Of a stretch of DNA of 248,000 nt, positions 216,152-226,528 are shown in pieces. Position 1 is the first letter of the stretch, and every line of letters starts with the position of its first letter. Location of the stretch: positions 764,001-1,012,000 of the forward strand of contig NZ_JMCB01000006.1 of assembly GCF_000737315.1 (NCBI RefSeq), in the 5' to 3' direction. The stretch is from Hyalangium minutum (GTDB lineage Bacteria; Myxococcota; Myxococcia; Myxococcales; Myxococcaceae). The notes below the pieces were generated by a model. It was not told the origin of the DNA, made no database searches, and worked only from the letters and a program-made list of their open reading frames with translations. Position numbers and translations under genes: made by a program.

Positions 216152-217810
216152 GTGGAGATGCGCCGCCACCCGGGTTCTCCCATGTCGTCGTTCTTCCTCG
216201 CCTCGTCCGTGGTCGCCCTCCTGGTGGCGCTCTTCAACGCGCTGCTGGCCGGCTACGTGCTCGCCTCCGGCTGGAGCGATGCCCGCAAGCGCCTCTTCGC
216301 CGTGGGCCCCGTGGGCGTGACGCTGTTCGCCCTCTCCTGGTTCGTCCTCTTGCTGGACCCCAACACCCGCGAGCCCGTGAGCGCCACCGCCTCCTTCGCG
216401 GCGCTGCTGGCCGTCTCGGGCTTCGCGGGGGATGCCTTGATGGACCTCGGTCCATCCCGGGTGCGCCGGTGGCTGGTGCTGGTGCTGCTCCTGGGAGGGC
216501 TGGGGCTCTCCGGGCTCGCCACCTTCGTGACGGCGACCACCCACCTCCCGCTGGCGCCGGTGCTGCTGCAATTGCTCGGACTGGGCACGGTGGTCTTCAT
216601 CGGCGCCGTGCGCCTGCTGCTCTGCCGCAGTGAGAACGCGGCCATCCGGCGGCTCTCGCGGCACGTGGTCGCCGTGGTCGTCGCCTCGCTGCTCGTGTGT
216701 GCGATCCGCGAGGGCGTCGAGCTGCTGAAGGGCAGCGTCTCCGGCGCGGCCATCATCCTGTGCACCATCCTCGCCGCGGAGATGATGACGCTCAGCTACA
216801 TCCTCCACGATCGCGTGGATGTGCGCCCGCCCGTCACGCGCGCGGTCACCCATGCGCTGCTCGCCATCGCGTCGGCGTTCACCGTCATCGCGGTGCTGCG
216901 GGCGCTGGGTTACTCGGTGGATCTGGGCCAGGTGGCCATCACCGTGGGCGTGGCGCTGCTGGCCTCGCTGCTCTTCGTGGGGCTGGGAGATCCGCTCAGC
217001 CGGTGGCTCGAGTTCCTCCTGTTCCCCAAGCAGGCGCGGCTCACGGGGCTGCTGTCCGCCTCTCGCTCCGAGGCCGCCGCGCTGCGCAGCCGGCTGGAGC
217101 GCGCCGAGCGGCTCGCCATCGCCGGAGAGCTGGCTGCCTCCGTGGCCCATGAAATCAAGAACCCGCTGGCGGCCCTGCGCGGCTACGCGGAGCTGCTCGG
217201 GGACTACCGCGCCCACGTCGCCTCCGAGCAGCGCGAGCGCTTCGAGAAGGCGGTGCGCATCATCCGCGAGGAGAGCGATCGCATCGACTCCAAGGTGCAG
217301 GAGCTGCTGAGCCTCGGGAGGGCGCCGAAGGGCCGCCTGGAGGGAAAGCCCCTGGACGTGTCCCGTGTCACCCTGGAGGCGGTGGCGGTGGCCGAGGGCG
217401 AGGTGGACATTCCTCCCATCACCGCGAGGCTCGATCCGGCGCTGAGGGTGGTGGGTGACGAGGACGAGCTGCGGGGCGTGCTGCTGAACCTGCTGAAGAA
217501 CGCCGCCGACGCGATGCGGGGGCGCCCCGGCGGCCGCATCGAAGTGGTGGCCCGGAGCGAGGAGGCTCAGGTGGTGATCGAGGTGCGCGATGAGGGCACG
217601 GGGCTCGGCGGGGTGGACCGCGAGCAACTCTTCCGGCCGTTCTACACGACGAAGCAGGGCGGCACGGGGCTGGGGCTGGCCATCTCGCGCTCGGCCATCG
217701 AGGCAGCGGGAGGCCGCCTGAGCCTGGTGCCCCGTGAGGACAAGACGGGCGCGGTGGCCCGGGTGGTGCTGCCCGTGGCCGTAGCCGAGGCGCGGGAGGT
217801 GTCGCGATGA
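216152..217810 (+). CDS. Multi-TM histidine kinase
   Basis: AHEIKNPL, GTGLGL. Confidence 0.9.
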   Translation: MEMRRHPGSPMSSFFLASSVVALLVALFNALLAGYVLASGWSDARKRLFAVGPVGVTLFALSWFVLLLDPNTREPVSATASFAALLAVSGFAGDALMDLGPSRVRRWLVLVLLLGGLGLSGLATFVTATTHLPLAPVLLQLLGLGTVVFIGAVRLLLCRSENAAIRRLSRHVVAVVVASLLVCAIREGVELLKGSVSGAAIILCTILAAEMMTLSYILHDRVDVRPPVTRAVTHALLAIASAFTVIAVLRALGYSVDLGQVAITVGVALLASLLFVGLGDPLSRWLEFLLFPKQARLTGLLSASRSEAAALRSRLERAERLAIAGELAASVAHEIKNPLAALRGYAELLGDYRAHVASEQRERFEKAVRIIREESDRIDSKVQELLSLGRAPKGRLEGKPLDVSRVTLEAVAVAEGEVDIPPITARLDPALRVVGDEDELRGVLLNLLKNAADAMRGRPGGRIEVVARSEEAQVVIEVRDEGTGLGGVDREQLFRPFYTTKQGGTGLGLAISRSAIEAAGGRLSLVPREDKTGAVARVVLPVAVAEAREVSR

Positions 217811-219252
217811 GCGAGCAGACAGCAGAGGCAGCAGGGGCTGAGGTGGCGGTCGTCGAGGACGAGCGCAACCTGCGCGAGCTGTATGTGGACGTGCTGAGCG
217901 CGCGGGGCCTGCGCGTGGCGCCGCTGGAGTCCGTGGCGGCGGCGACGGCGTACCTCTCGCGGCGGGCGCCGGACTTGCTGATCCTCGATGTGAAGCTGGG
218001 CGATGGGGATGGGCTGGTGCTGCTGGACACGCTGCGAGGGCAGGGGCTGCGCACCCCGGTCATCGTGGCGACGGCGTTCGGTACGGTGGAGCGGGCGGTG
218101 CAAGCGCTCCGAGCCGGCGCGGCGGACTTCCTGGTGAAGCCGTTCACCAACGAGCGGCTCGTCTCCGCCGTGGGGGCCGCGCTGGAGTCCGGGAGGCGCT
218201 GGGAGGAGCTGGAGCTGGCGGCGCCCAAGATTGAAGAGAAGAAGGCGTCCGGTGGAGAGCTGATCGGCACCGAGGGAGGGCTCAAGGATGTGGCGGCGCT
218301 GCTGCCCCGGGTGGCGGCCTCGGAGGCCACGGTGCTGGTGCGCGGTGAGTCCGGCACAGGCAAGGAGCTGGTGGCCCGCGCCATCCACAGGGCCTCGCCC
218401 CGGATGGATGGGCCATTCGTGTCTGTGAACTGCGCGGCGCTGCCGTCCTCGCTGCTGGAGTCCGAGCTGTTCGGCTTCGAGCGCGGCGCCTTCACCGGAG
218501 CGCACGCCCGGCGCAAGGGCCTCATCGAGGCGGCGGAGGGCGGCACGCTCTTCCTGGACGAGATCGGCGACATGTCGCTGGATGCCCAGGCCCGGCTGCT
218601 GCGGGTGCTGCAGGAGCGCGAGATCACCCGGATTGGTGGACGTGAGGCGGTGCGGGTGGACATCCGCGTCATCTCCGCCACCCACAGAGACCTGGACGCG
218701 ATGGCCGCGAGCGGGCAGTTCCGCGCGGATCTCCTCTATCGGTTGGCGGTCATCCCCATCCGGCTGCCCCCGTTGCGCGAGCGGGCCGGAGACATCCCTG
218801 GCCTCATCGACCACCTGTTGGAGAAGCACGCGGCGCGCCAGGGCCAGCGGGCACCCCGGCCCGACGCGGAGATGCTGCGGCGTGCGACGGAATACCCCTG
218901 GCCCGGCAACGTGCGCGAGCTGGAGAACTTCGTCGCGCGAGCGGTGGTGCTCGGCCGCTTCGACACGGAGTCACTCCGCGTGACAGCGCAGCCTACGAAG
219001 GCCGCTCCGCCCGCCGAGCCGGTGCCGCCCCACGAGGAGGCGTCAGCGCCCACGCCTCCGAGCCCCGAGTCTTCCTCCGTGCCCACGCTGCGCGAGGCGG
219101 TGGCGCGGGCCGAGCGCGCCGCGGTCATCGCCGCGCTGAAGGCCGCCGGGGGCCAGAAGACGGTGGCCGCCCGGCTGCTCGGGGTGAGCTACAAGACCCT
219201 CTTCAACAAGATCCACGAGCACGGCATCCGCGAAGAGGTGCACATCGCGTGA
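217807..219252 (+). CDS. NtrC-family sigma54 response regulator
   Basis: REC, GESGTGKE, GAFTGA, HTH. Confidence 0.92.
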   Translation: MSEQTAEAAGAEVAVVEDERNLRELYVDVLSARGLRVAPLESVAAATAYLSRRAPDLLILDVKLGDGDGLVLLDTLRGQGLRTPVIVATAFGTVERAVQALRAGAADFLVKPFTNERLVSAVGAALESGRRWEELELAAPKIEEKKASGGELIGTEGGLKDVAALLPRVAASEATVLVRGESGTGKELVARAIHRASPRMDGPFVSVNCAALPSSLLESELFGFERGAFTGAHARRKGLIEAAEGGTLFLDEIGDMSLDAQARLLRVLQEREITRIGGREAVRVDIRVISATHRDLDAMAASGQFRADLLYRLAVIPIRLPPLRERAGDIPGLIDHLLEKHAARQGQRAPRPDAEMLRRATEYPWPGNVRELENFVARAVVLGRFDTESLRVTAQPTKAAPPAEPVPPHEEASAPTPPSPESSSVPTLREAVARAERAAVIAALKAAGGQKTVAARLLGVSYKTLFNKIHEHGIREEVHIA

Positions 219253-219273
219253 GGCCGTGCTCGCGGCCTGTCA

Positions 219274-222200
219274 TCACTGCCCGCCCTGCTGCGGGTCGAG
219301 GTAGTCCCAGGCCCGGGTGTCGACCCGGGAGCCTTTGCCCAGGAACGTGAAGAAGTGGTTGGGGTTGTAGAACACGTCCTTCTCCATCTGCCGATCGAAC
219401 ACGAACAACTGGAAGGCCGAGTACAGCCGGTGGTTGAGGTTCAGGTTGTACAAGCTCGAGCTGTGCGGCGCGACAGCACGCGTTGGCAAGGCAAGCAACG
219501 CCTGGTTCGGATTCACCCGCTCTCCCGCGGGCGTCACGAACGAGCTCCGGAGCTTCACCATCATCCGCCGCCAGCGCGGCTGCTGGAGCACCCGCTCCAA
219601 GTCATTGTTGACGGCCTCGTAGTCGGCGTTGGTGCCCGGCATGATCTGCCGGTGGTCCACCTCGGTGTCCACGTGGGTGACGTAGAAGTCCCGGAGCGCC
219701 CTCAGCGTCCACCCCTCGCTCCGGGCGCGGAGGATAATCTGCCGCGCGCTGAGCCCGTGCAGCGCCAGCTCGTGGGACATGACGAGCGCCATGCCCCCGG
219801 GATGCCAGGTGACCATCCCGCCCAGCGCCATGTAGAGGAAGATCCGCAGGTGTTGGTTGGGATCGAACCCCGGCAGCTCCCGTGACAGCGAATACAGGGG
219901 CACCCAGTGCCCACCGGGAGTGGTGGTGTCCGAGGGATCCCGTACCTGAATGCCGCACCATCCATCAATGTCAGCCGGCTGCCGCCGGACGGTCATCACC
220001 AGCGGCACGTAGTCCGGCGCGTCCGGATCGCAGAAGGGCTCGATGGCCCGCTCCTGGAAGGCGTCCGAAGTCTCGATGATTTCGAACAGCTGCGGAATCA
220101 TCGCCTTCGCCGCGGCGTAGCCCTCGATGGGCGGCCACGTGGAGGGCTCGGGCGTGGGCTCGGGCTGCGGGGTGCCCACTGCGTCCCCGCTGGAGCCCTC
220201 GGTGCCGCCCGTGGGCTGGCGGCCCTCGGCGCCGTTGCGGACTTCCACCTGGGACTCGCCGACGCTGACCTCCATGCCCGGGCTCTGGCGGACGGCGCCG
220301 ATGGTCTCCATCAGGTCCATCTGCTGCAGCGGGGACTCCTGCTTCCCCGGCTGTGAGCCGCCGCCGAGCTGCGCCTGGAGCACCCGCTCCTTCCACTCCT
220401 GGTTCTTCTCCGGGTACTTGCTGGGCGGGAAGGCGCGGTCGATCTGGTCGTTCAGGTTGGCGGCGTTGCGGCTGCTCTGGGCCGCCATGGCCAGCTGGGT
220501 GGCCATCTGGGCGTAGGACTTCGCGGCCTCCTGGTTGGACGTCATCGCCGCCAGCGCGTTCTTCTGGTTCTGGTCCAGGCCGGTGAGGTTGGCGAACGGG
220601 CTCGCCTGCCCGAGCGCCGTCAGCAGCGCGCCCACCCCCGTCGGATCCGGAGCGGCCGGCGCGTTCTGGATGTTGACCACCGGCTGCGCCAGCGGCGAGG
220701 GCTTGGTGTCCTGCGGCGCCTGGTAGCGGCTGTCCGTGCTGACGGGGTTGATGGCGGTGGGCTCGTCGATGGGGGACTGCTCCCAGCGCCAGAACCGCGT
220801 GTCGTCGATGCGCTCGCAGGCGTTGCAGGCCCCGCGCACCGCCTCGGCGAAGACGCCCGGCGTGGGCACGCTCAGGCGGAAGGCGATCTTCTGGCCGCCC
220901 TCGCGCTCGGCCTCCGTCTGGTAGTGCTCCAGCAGGGAGGCGAAGGCCGTGGCCGCGCTGCCGCTCACCTCGGGTCGGCCCAGCTCATAGGTCGGGTCGA
221001 GGTTGAAGCCGCGCGCCACCGGGAAGATGAGGCAGTTGCCCGCCACGCCCAAGAGCCGGTTCTCCACCAGCGACGCCAGCGAGCGCCCCAGCACTCCGCG
221101 CTGCGCGTAGACGGTGTTGAACTCGTCCTGCGCCAGGTGGATGCGGTCCAGCATCATGTACCGCCGGTGCGGGGTGATGCCGTGGCACCAGATGACGTGG
221201 TGGTAGTACTCGAGGTTCTCCCGGTTCAGGTGGTCCCGCAGCTGCTGGGCCATCCGCTGGTCCTCCTGCCACGGGTTGCGCTGCTCCTCGGGGGTGAGTG
221301 GCGTGGGCAGGAAGATCTGATCCGCGAAGCCAATGTCGTTGCGGATGGCCCGGTCGTTCAGCAGCACGCCCGTGTGGTGGCGCGTCCGGTAGCGCAGCGT
221401 GCCCCGGTCGAGGATGGCGAAGCTGCCCGACACGCTCACGCTCGGGGACAGCAGCCGCAGGCCCACCACCTGGCTGCGCTTCAGGTCCGTGGGCGTCCCG
221501 GAGAAGCCCTGCCGGTTCACTCCCGCCTGCAGGGCCTTGGGGTCCTGCACCCGCGTGGAGCGCACCGACACCGTGAGCGGCTTGCCCGGCGCGTAGTCCG
221601 TCAGCAGCGTGCAGTCCAGCCGCATGTCCCTCACCGTGGTGCCGTCCGCGAGGATGGCCTCGAAGCGCAGCTGCTCCACGAAGTTGCGCGCCAGGGCCGG
221701 GGCGTGCTGCTCCTGGAAGGCGCGGTCGCGCTCGGCGGCCGTCATCTTGACGAAGAGGTTGCGGACACCGTTGAGCTCCAGGCCCCGGAAGAGGTGGCTC
221801 AGGGTGGCCCAGGTGTTGATGTCCAAGGTGCCATCCTGCGCGTCCGCCGGGCGGCTCAGCGTGAGCCGCAGCTGGAACTCACCGAAGACTTCATCGATGG
221901 ACTCCTCGCAGAAGGGCAGGAACGTCACCGTGCCATTGGCCTCGCGGCGCTGCGGGAAGTCCACACCCTGGTAGTTGCGAGAGATTCGCTCGACGGCGTC
222001 GAAGCCCTTGCGCAGCTCCTGGCCCTTGGCCGTGTCCGGCCCGTAGAGCAGGTGCTCGGAGAGGCACTCGCGCCAGCGGAGCACCTTCCCGTCCGTGAAG
222101 CGGCTCATCGTCAGCGGGACGAAGAGGCACTCCTGCACGTCCACCAGCTCCTGCTGGACGACGAAGTGCCGGAGGATTTCGAAGTACTGGATGGTGAGCG

Positions 222201-224259
222201 CGTGGCAGTGGTTGTGGTTGGCCACCACCTCCGTCTGCACGGAGAACGTCTCGCCCTGGCGTGCGCTGGTGACCACCGTGGAGCGCTGGCTGCGCACCGA
222301 GGAGGTGGCCTGCATCGTCGAGTCCCTCAGGCGGTTGTGCAGGCTGGACGTCATGTCGCGCGTGTTGTCCTGCCACGCCGACGAGGTGCCCGAGCCCCCC
222401 GAGAGGTTGAAGCCCGTGGCGATGCCCAGGGACATGTTGTCCTTGCTGCCGCTGCCCGCCAGCCCCAGGCCCGCGGACCAGCCCTTCGTCTTGGCCTTGC
222501 TGCCGCCCTTCATGGACTCGCTCAGGGTGCCGGTGAGGATCTCGTCGATGTCCCGGTCCCGCGAGAGGCTGTGGCTCAGCTGCTCGGAGACATCGGTGCT
222601 CTCGGCGCGCGAGGCCTCGTCCACGCGGTTCCAGTCGTAGATGACGAGCTGCTTCTTCTGCCCGGGCGCCAGCGGCAGCGAGTAGAGCAAGTCCCCCATG
222701 GAGTAGCCGTCCGCCTTGAACGTCTGCTTGAAGTGGAGGACGTGGCCGTGGGCGAGCGTGACGGCCTGGTAGAGCTCGAACTCGGTGGCCTCGTCGTCCC
222801 AGCGGATGGGGTTCTTGGGCCCGAGCGTCTGCCGCAGCGTGCGGTGCAGGTGCTTGGCGTAGCCGGCGGTGTCCGCCGTGTTGCCATTCCACTCCCAGCG
222901 AGGATTCTCGTTGATGGGCACCAGCTGGCCGCGCGGATCCGTGGTCCGCACGATGGCGTGGTGGCTGAACTCCTCCAGCGTGCGGTTGGGCACGGTGAAG
223001 TTGACGCACGAGCCGCCGATGTCCTGCGAGTAGCTGGACTCGCCGGCGACGAGCTCCTCGGTGCCCGGCAGCCGGGGGGTGGGCTCATGGCAGGCGCAGT
223101 CCTCGTCCGCGCCACCTGGAGTGGGAGACTCCTCGGCCTCGATCACCAGCTGGGTGAAGGCAGGGAAGCGGCCATCGGCGTCGAGCAGCACGGGGCAGGG
223201 CGTGTCCGGGCGGGCGGAGACCACGGCATAGGCGCCGGTGAACGGCTCGTTGGGGAGCACCGCCGAGAAGCTCCCGGTGCTGTGCGTGCTCACCGTGGCC
223301 AGCGGTACCTCCACGGGCTTGCCATCCGCGCCGAGGCGCTGGCCGTAGAGGATGATCTGCTGGCTCTTCATGGCCTTGCCGGTGCGCTCGACGAGCCGGC
223401 CCTTGAGGACGCGGGTGCTCGTGGGAGCGCTGGAGCCGGGGGTGAGGACGGGAGGGGTGAATGGCTCCACCTTCACCTCGAGCGAGGCGAGCTTGAGCGC
223501 CTGGGTCAGGGTGAGCTGGGGCGGCGAGACGATGCGCGCGGGCAGCCCGTTGGGGGTGCGCACCACGAGGGTGAGGGGGCTGTCCGCAAAGCGGCCCGAG
223601 GCGGTGAAGTCCACCTGGAAGGCGCCGTTGTAGCCGAGCGTGATTTCCCGGTGGATGGGCGTGGCCTTGTCATCCAGGGCGATGGTGTCGGGGCAGGAGA
223701 TCTCCAGCACATAGCCTGCGATGGACTCGCTGGTGCGGGTGCTGGTGACGAAGCCTCGGAGGGGGAACAGCCGCAGCTCCTCCGCGGGCACGGGCGCGCC
223801 CGCCGCAGAGGGAGCCTTGGGCGTGTTGCTCACGGTCTGCACGGTCCCGGACGAGGTGTTCGCCTTGGAGGTCTCCGTCTGCGCCTCCTCCACGAGCACC
223901 GGGGCGCGGGTCGCGGTGGAGGCCTCGAGCTTCACCACCTTCTCGACGGCCTCGGGTGAGGGCAGCTCGAGGATGACGAGGCGCGCGGTCTCGGCGGCCT
224001 TGGTCTCCGCGAGCAGCACCGCGTCCAATGAGGCCTTGTCCGGGAAGCTCCGCTCGGCGAGAGCGGCTCCGTCCTGGAGCACGAACAAGGTGAGGGGATA
224101 GGAGAGCTTCGAGGAGGTGATGCCCTTGAGGAGGAAGTCGCCTTCGGGGCTCGTGAGCTCCCCGGTGAAGAGCGGCGCTTCGGGCTTGGCACCGAGGACG
224201 AGCTTGAGGGACGGGAGGACACTGCTGTCGGAGAAGTTCAACTGCCCATAGAGTTTCAT
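219274..224259 (-). CDS. 1661 aa protein with Ser/Gly-rich pore-former-like core and C-terminal HExxxH domain
   Basis: GDLLYSLPLAPG, NHNHCHALTIQYF, SHELALH; no signal peptide. Confidence 0.6.
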   Translation of the reverse strand: MKLYGQLNFSDSSVLPSLKLVLGAKPEAPLFTGELTSPEGDFLLKGITSSKLSYPLTLFVLQDGAALAERSFPDKASLDAVLLAETKAAETARLVILELPSPEAVEKVVKLEASTATRAPVLVEEAQTETSKANTSSGTVQTVSNTPKAPSAAGAPVPAEELRLFPLRGFVTSTRTSESIAGYVLEISCPDTIALDDKATPIHREITLGYNGAFQVDFTASGRFADSPLTLVVRTPNGLPARIVSPPQLTLTQALKLASLEVKVEPFTPPVLTPGSSAPTSTRVLKGRLVERTGKAMKSQQIILYGQRLGADGKPVEVPLATVSTHSTGSFSAVLPNEPFTGAYAVVSARPDTPCPVLLDADGRFPAFTQLVIEAEESPTPGGADEDCACHEPTPRLPGTEELVAGESSYSQDIGGSCVNFTVPNRTLEEFSHHAIVRTTDPRGQLVPINENPRWEWNGNTADTAGYAKHLHRTLRQTLGPKNPIRWDDEATEFELYQAVTLAHGHVLHFKQTFKADGYSMGDLLYSLPLAPGQKKQLVIYDWNRVDEASRAESTDVSEQLSHSLSRDRDIDEILTGTLSESMKGGSKAKTKGWSAGLGLAGSGSKDNMSLGIATGFNLSGGSGTSSAWQDNTRDMTSSLHNRLRDSTMQATSSVRSQRSTVVTSARQGETFSVQTEVVANHNHCHALTIQYFEILRHFVVQQELVDVQECLFVPLTMSRFTDGKVLRWRECLSEHLLYGPDTAKGQELRKGFDAVERISRNYQGVDFPQRREANGTVTFLPFCEESIDEVFGEFQLRLTLSRPADAQDGTLDINTWATLSHLFRGLELNGVRNLFVKMTAAERDRAFQEQHAPALARNFVEQLRFEAILADGTTVRDMRLDCTLLTDYAPGKPLTVSVRSTRVQDPKALQAGVNRQGFSGTPTDLKRSQVVGLRLLSPSVSVSGSFAILDRGTLRYRTRHHTGVLLNDRAIRNDIGFADQIFLPTPLTPEEQRNPWQEDQRMAQQLRDHLNRENLEYYHHVIWCHGITPHRRYMMLDRIHLAQDEFNTVYAQRGVLGRSLASLVENRLLGVAGNCLIFPVARGFNLDPTYELGRPEVSGSAATAFASLLEHYQTEAEREGGQKIAFRLSVPTPGVFAEAVRGACNACERIDDTRFWRWEQSPIDEPTAINPVSTDSRYQAPQDTKPSPLAQPVVNIQNAPAAPDPTGVGALLTALGQASPFANLTGLDQNQKNALAAMTSNQEAAKSYAQMATQLAMAAQSSRNAANLNDQIDRAFPPSKYPEKNQEWKERVLQAQLGGGSQPGKQESPLQQMDLMETIGAVRQSPGMEVSVGESQVEVRNGAEGRQPTGGTEGSSGDAVGTPQPEPTPEPSTWPPIEGYAAAKAMIPQLFEIIETSDAFQERAIEPFCDPDAPDYVPLVMTVRRQPADIDGWCGIQVRDPSDTTTPGGHWVPLYSLSRELPGFDPNQHLRIFLYMALGGMVTWHPGGMALVMSHELALHGLSARQIILRARSEGWTLRALRDFYVTHVDTEVDHRQIMPGTNADYEAVNNDLERVLQQPRWRRMMVKLRSSFVTPAGERVNPNQALLALPTRAVAPHSSSLYNLNLNHRLYSAFQLFVFDRQMEKDVFYNPNHFFTFLGKGSRVDTRAWDYLDPQQGGQ

Positions 224260-224364
224260 AGCTCGGGCAGTATGTTCAGCAGGTCACAGATTCACAGAAC
224301 CCACGGGATTCATGGCCGAAAGGCCAGGGGAAAACCTGAGAGAGAGGGTACGGCCCGTGAGGGA

Positions 224365-225357
224365 TCAGCCCAGCCGCTCCAGCTCCCGGGTGAGCAGCGT
224401 CTCGAGGTCGCGGATGCTGCGGTAGACGATGCAGCGGTACGAGGCCACGTCGAAGCGCAGCTCCTTCACGTCGCGCACCAGCAGCACGGTGGGGCGGCCC
224501 CGGCCCCACGCATAGCCGACCTCCAGATACACGTTCGGGTTGGCCATGGAGAGGTCGGCGATGACGACCTTGGCCGTGTCAATCCGCTCGCGGATGCGCT
224601 GGATGATGGGGCCGTCGAAGGCGGCTTGGTCCACGCGCTCGCAGAGCATGCCGGTGGACTTCACGGGGCCGAGGATGCCGTAGTGGTAGGTGTCCTCCAG
224701 CTCGGGCTCGAAGGGCATGGCCACGAAGGCGTGCGGCTTCTGCATGGAGGTGGTGCCCGCGGTGGCCATGGGCGGGGCCTGGACGAAGGCGCTCATGCGC
224801 TGCACGCGGAAGCCACCGCCTGGCAGGGGCTGGACGCCGGGGGTTCCTCCGAGCCCGCGCTCCAGTGCCTTGCGCAGCCGCAGGGCGCGCCGCGGGTCGA
224901 GCTCCACGAGCGTGACGCGCTCCAGGGTCTCGGGGCCGGTGCCGCGCTGGAAGGCCTCTACCAGTCCGCCGGCGAGCGCGAGCACGGCCTCGTCCTCATC
225001 CAACCCATAGTTGGGGCCGTGCACGGTGCTGGCCAGGCGGCGCAGGCCGGGGCGGGACTCCAGGGCCTTGAGCGCGCGGACGGCGAGCTGGCGAATCTCG
225101 TGGTACCCGAGCTGGTTGAGGCGCACGGTGCCGAGGAACAGGGCCAGCGGGGCCGTCAGTGCGCCGCGTGTCTCCACGAAGCGAGCATCTCCGACAGGGG
225201 CTTCGAGGTCTGACTTGGGGACGCCCACGGCATCGAGCCGCTGCGAGACGACGCCCGACACTCCATAGAAGCTCTGCGCGTACTTGAAGAGCGCCACGTC
225301 CGCGCGCGCCTCGGTGATGTCTCCTGCCTCCAGCACCAATTCGAGGGCCGTGCTCAT
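224365..225357 (-). CDS. Macro-like domain fused to nucleoside deoxyribosyltransferase/TIR-like domain
   Basis: GDIT..YGVSG; FVAMPF, IADLSMANPNVYLEVGYA. Confidence 0.75.
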   Translation of the reverse strand: MSTALELVLEAGDITEARADVALFKYAQSFYGVSGVVSQRLDAVGVPKSDLEAPVGDARFVETRGALTAPLALFLGTVRLNQLGYHEIRQLAVRALKALESRPGLRRLASTVHGPNYGLDEDEAVLALAGGLVEAFQRGTGPETLERVTLVELDPRRALRLRKALERGLGGTPGVQPLPGGGFRVQRMSAFVQAPPMATAGTTSMQKPHAFVAMPFEPELEDTYHYGILGPVKSTGMLCERVDQAAFDGPIIQRIRERIDTAKVVIADLSMANPNVYLEVGYAWGRGRPTVLLVRDVKELRFDVASYRCIVYRSIRDLETLLTRELERLG

Positions 225358-225475
225358 GTCGAGCCACTGTAACCGGCGGAGAGGGCGCTCCGTACAGGTT
225401 GGTGAAACCACCTCACCAGACAGGAGCCTACTCATGTGCATTCACTCGGTGGGCAGCGCTTCGTTAGAGTAGCCC

Positions 225476-226031
225476 GTGACTTCTTTCGGGCGACAGGTCC
225501 GCTACGACCAGCCTCCGCGTGAAGGTCCTCGTTCCTTCGCTTTGCGGCCATTTCGAAAACACGGGTTCGTTTCTGCCCTGTGGATGTTGGCAGCCGTCGC
225601 AGGCTGTGAAACGCCGAGCGGGACAACAGTTCCAGGTGCGGGACCCGCATCCGCCAAGTGGGAAGGCCCCCTGATGCCGGGCCCAGGTGGCGGGCAGGTC
225701 CGAACGACCATTTACTACGGGCCGTGGCAGTGCAATCAGCGGTGGATGGATTCCTGCCAGACGCATTGCGCCTCTGAAGGCCGCAAGCTCATGGGGTGCA
225801 TGTGGCTGGCCGACATCAAAACGGAATGGCAGGGCAGGTACCCGGGACCGCCTGTCGCGGCGGGCGGACGCTACGCGGGATCTTCAGCGGGGAGGTTCTC
225901 CGACGAACGAGCGCAACGTGTTGCCCGTGCCGCCCGATGTTCATGGCGTTTTCACCGACGAGTACCCCATGTGCTACGCCGGAGGCAGCAGGTGGAGCAC
226001 TGTGGGTCCAGACCTGCCCTACACGGATTGA
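225476..226031 (+). pseudogene. Internally deleted lipoprotein toxin gene
   Basis: Lipobox VAGC in one frame; RDLQRGGSPT..GPDLPYTD-stop in another. Confidence 0.6.
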
Positions 226032-226042
226032 GATCCAGTTCC

Positions 226043-226513
226043 ATGAACGCTCTGCTCGAGGAGGTCTCGCGCCACCACTTTCCGAATCCACCTGCCACGC
226101 CAGAGCAAATCGAGGCGTTTGAGCGACGGATGGGCTGGCGCCTGGATCCCGAACTCCGAGCTTTCTATCTCCACTGTGATGGAGCGGCCCTCTTCAGGCG
226201 GCGCCCGGACGCGGACTACCGCTTCCTGTCCTTGGCCGAGATCCAGCGAGCCAGAGTCGCCATCCGCGGCAAGGATGACGATTCGCGCGGCCCGGCCTCT
226301 ATGTACACGATCTGCGATCTCCAGGACGGTGACTACATCTTGGTGGACATCAGCCGTCAGCAGGGCGGCTGCTACCCCATCCTCGATGGGTGGCACGAGG
226401 CATGGCCTGATCCGGAATATTGCAAGCAAATCGCCCACTCCTTCTCCGGGTTCCTGGAGGGCGCTCTTCGGAGCGGGGGGAATTGGTTCTGGCTGCAACA
226501 GCGCGAATCATAA
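226043..226513 (+). CDS. SMI1/KNR4 (SUKH) immunity protein
   Basis: PATPEQIEAFERRMG..LDPELRAFY. Confidence 0.85.
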   Translation: MNALLEEVSRHHFPNPPATPEQIEAFERRMGWRLDPELRAFYLHCDGAALFRRRPDADYRFLSLAEIQRARVAIRGKDDDSRGPASMYTICDLQDGDYILVDISRQQGGCYPILDGWHEAWPDPEYCKQIAHSFSGFLEGALRSGGNWFWLQQRES

Positions 226514-226528
226514 CGTTGGAAGGAGCGC

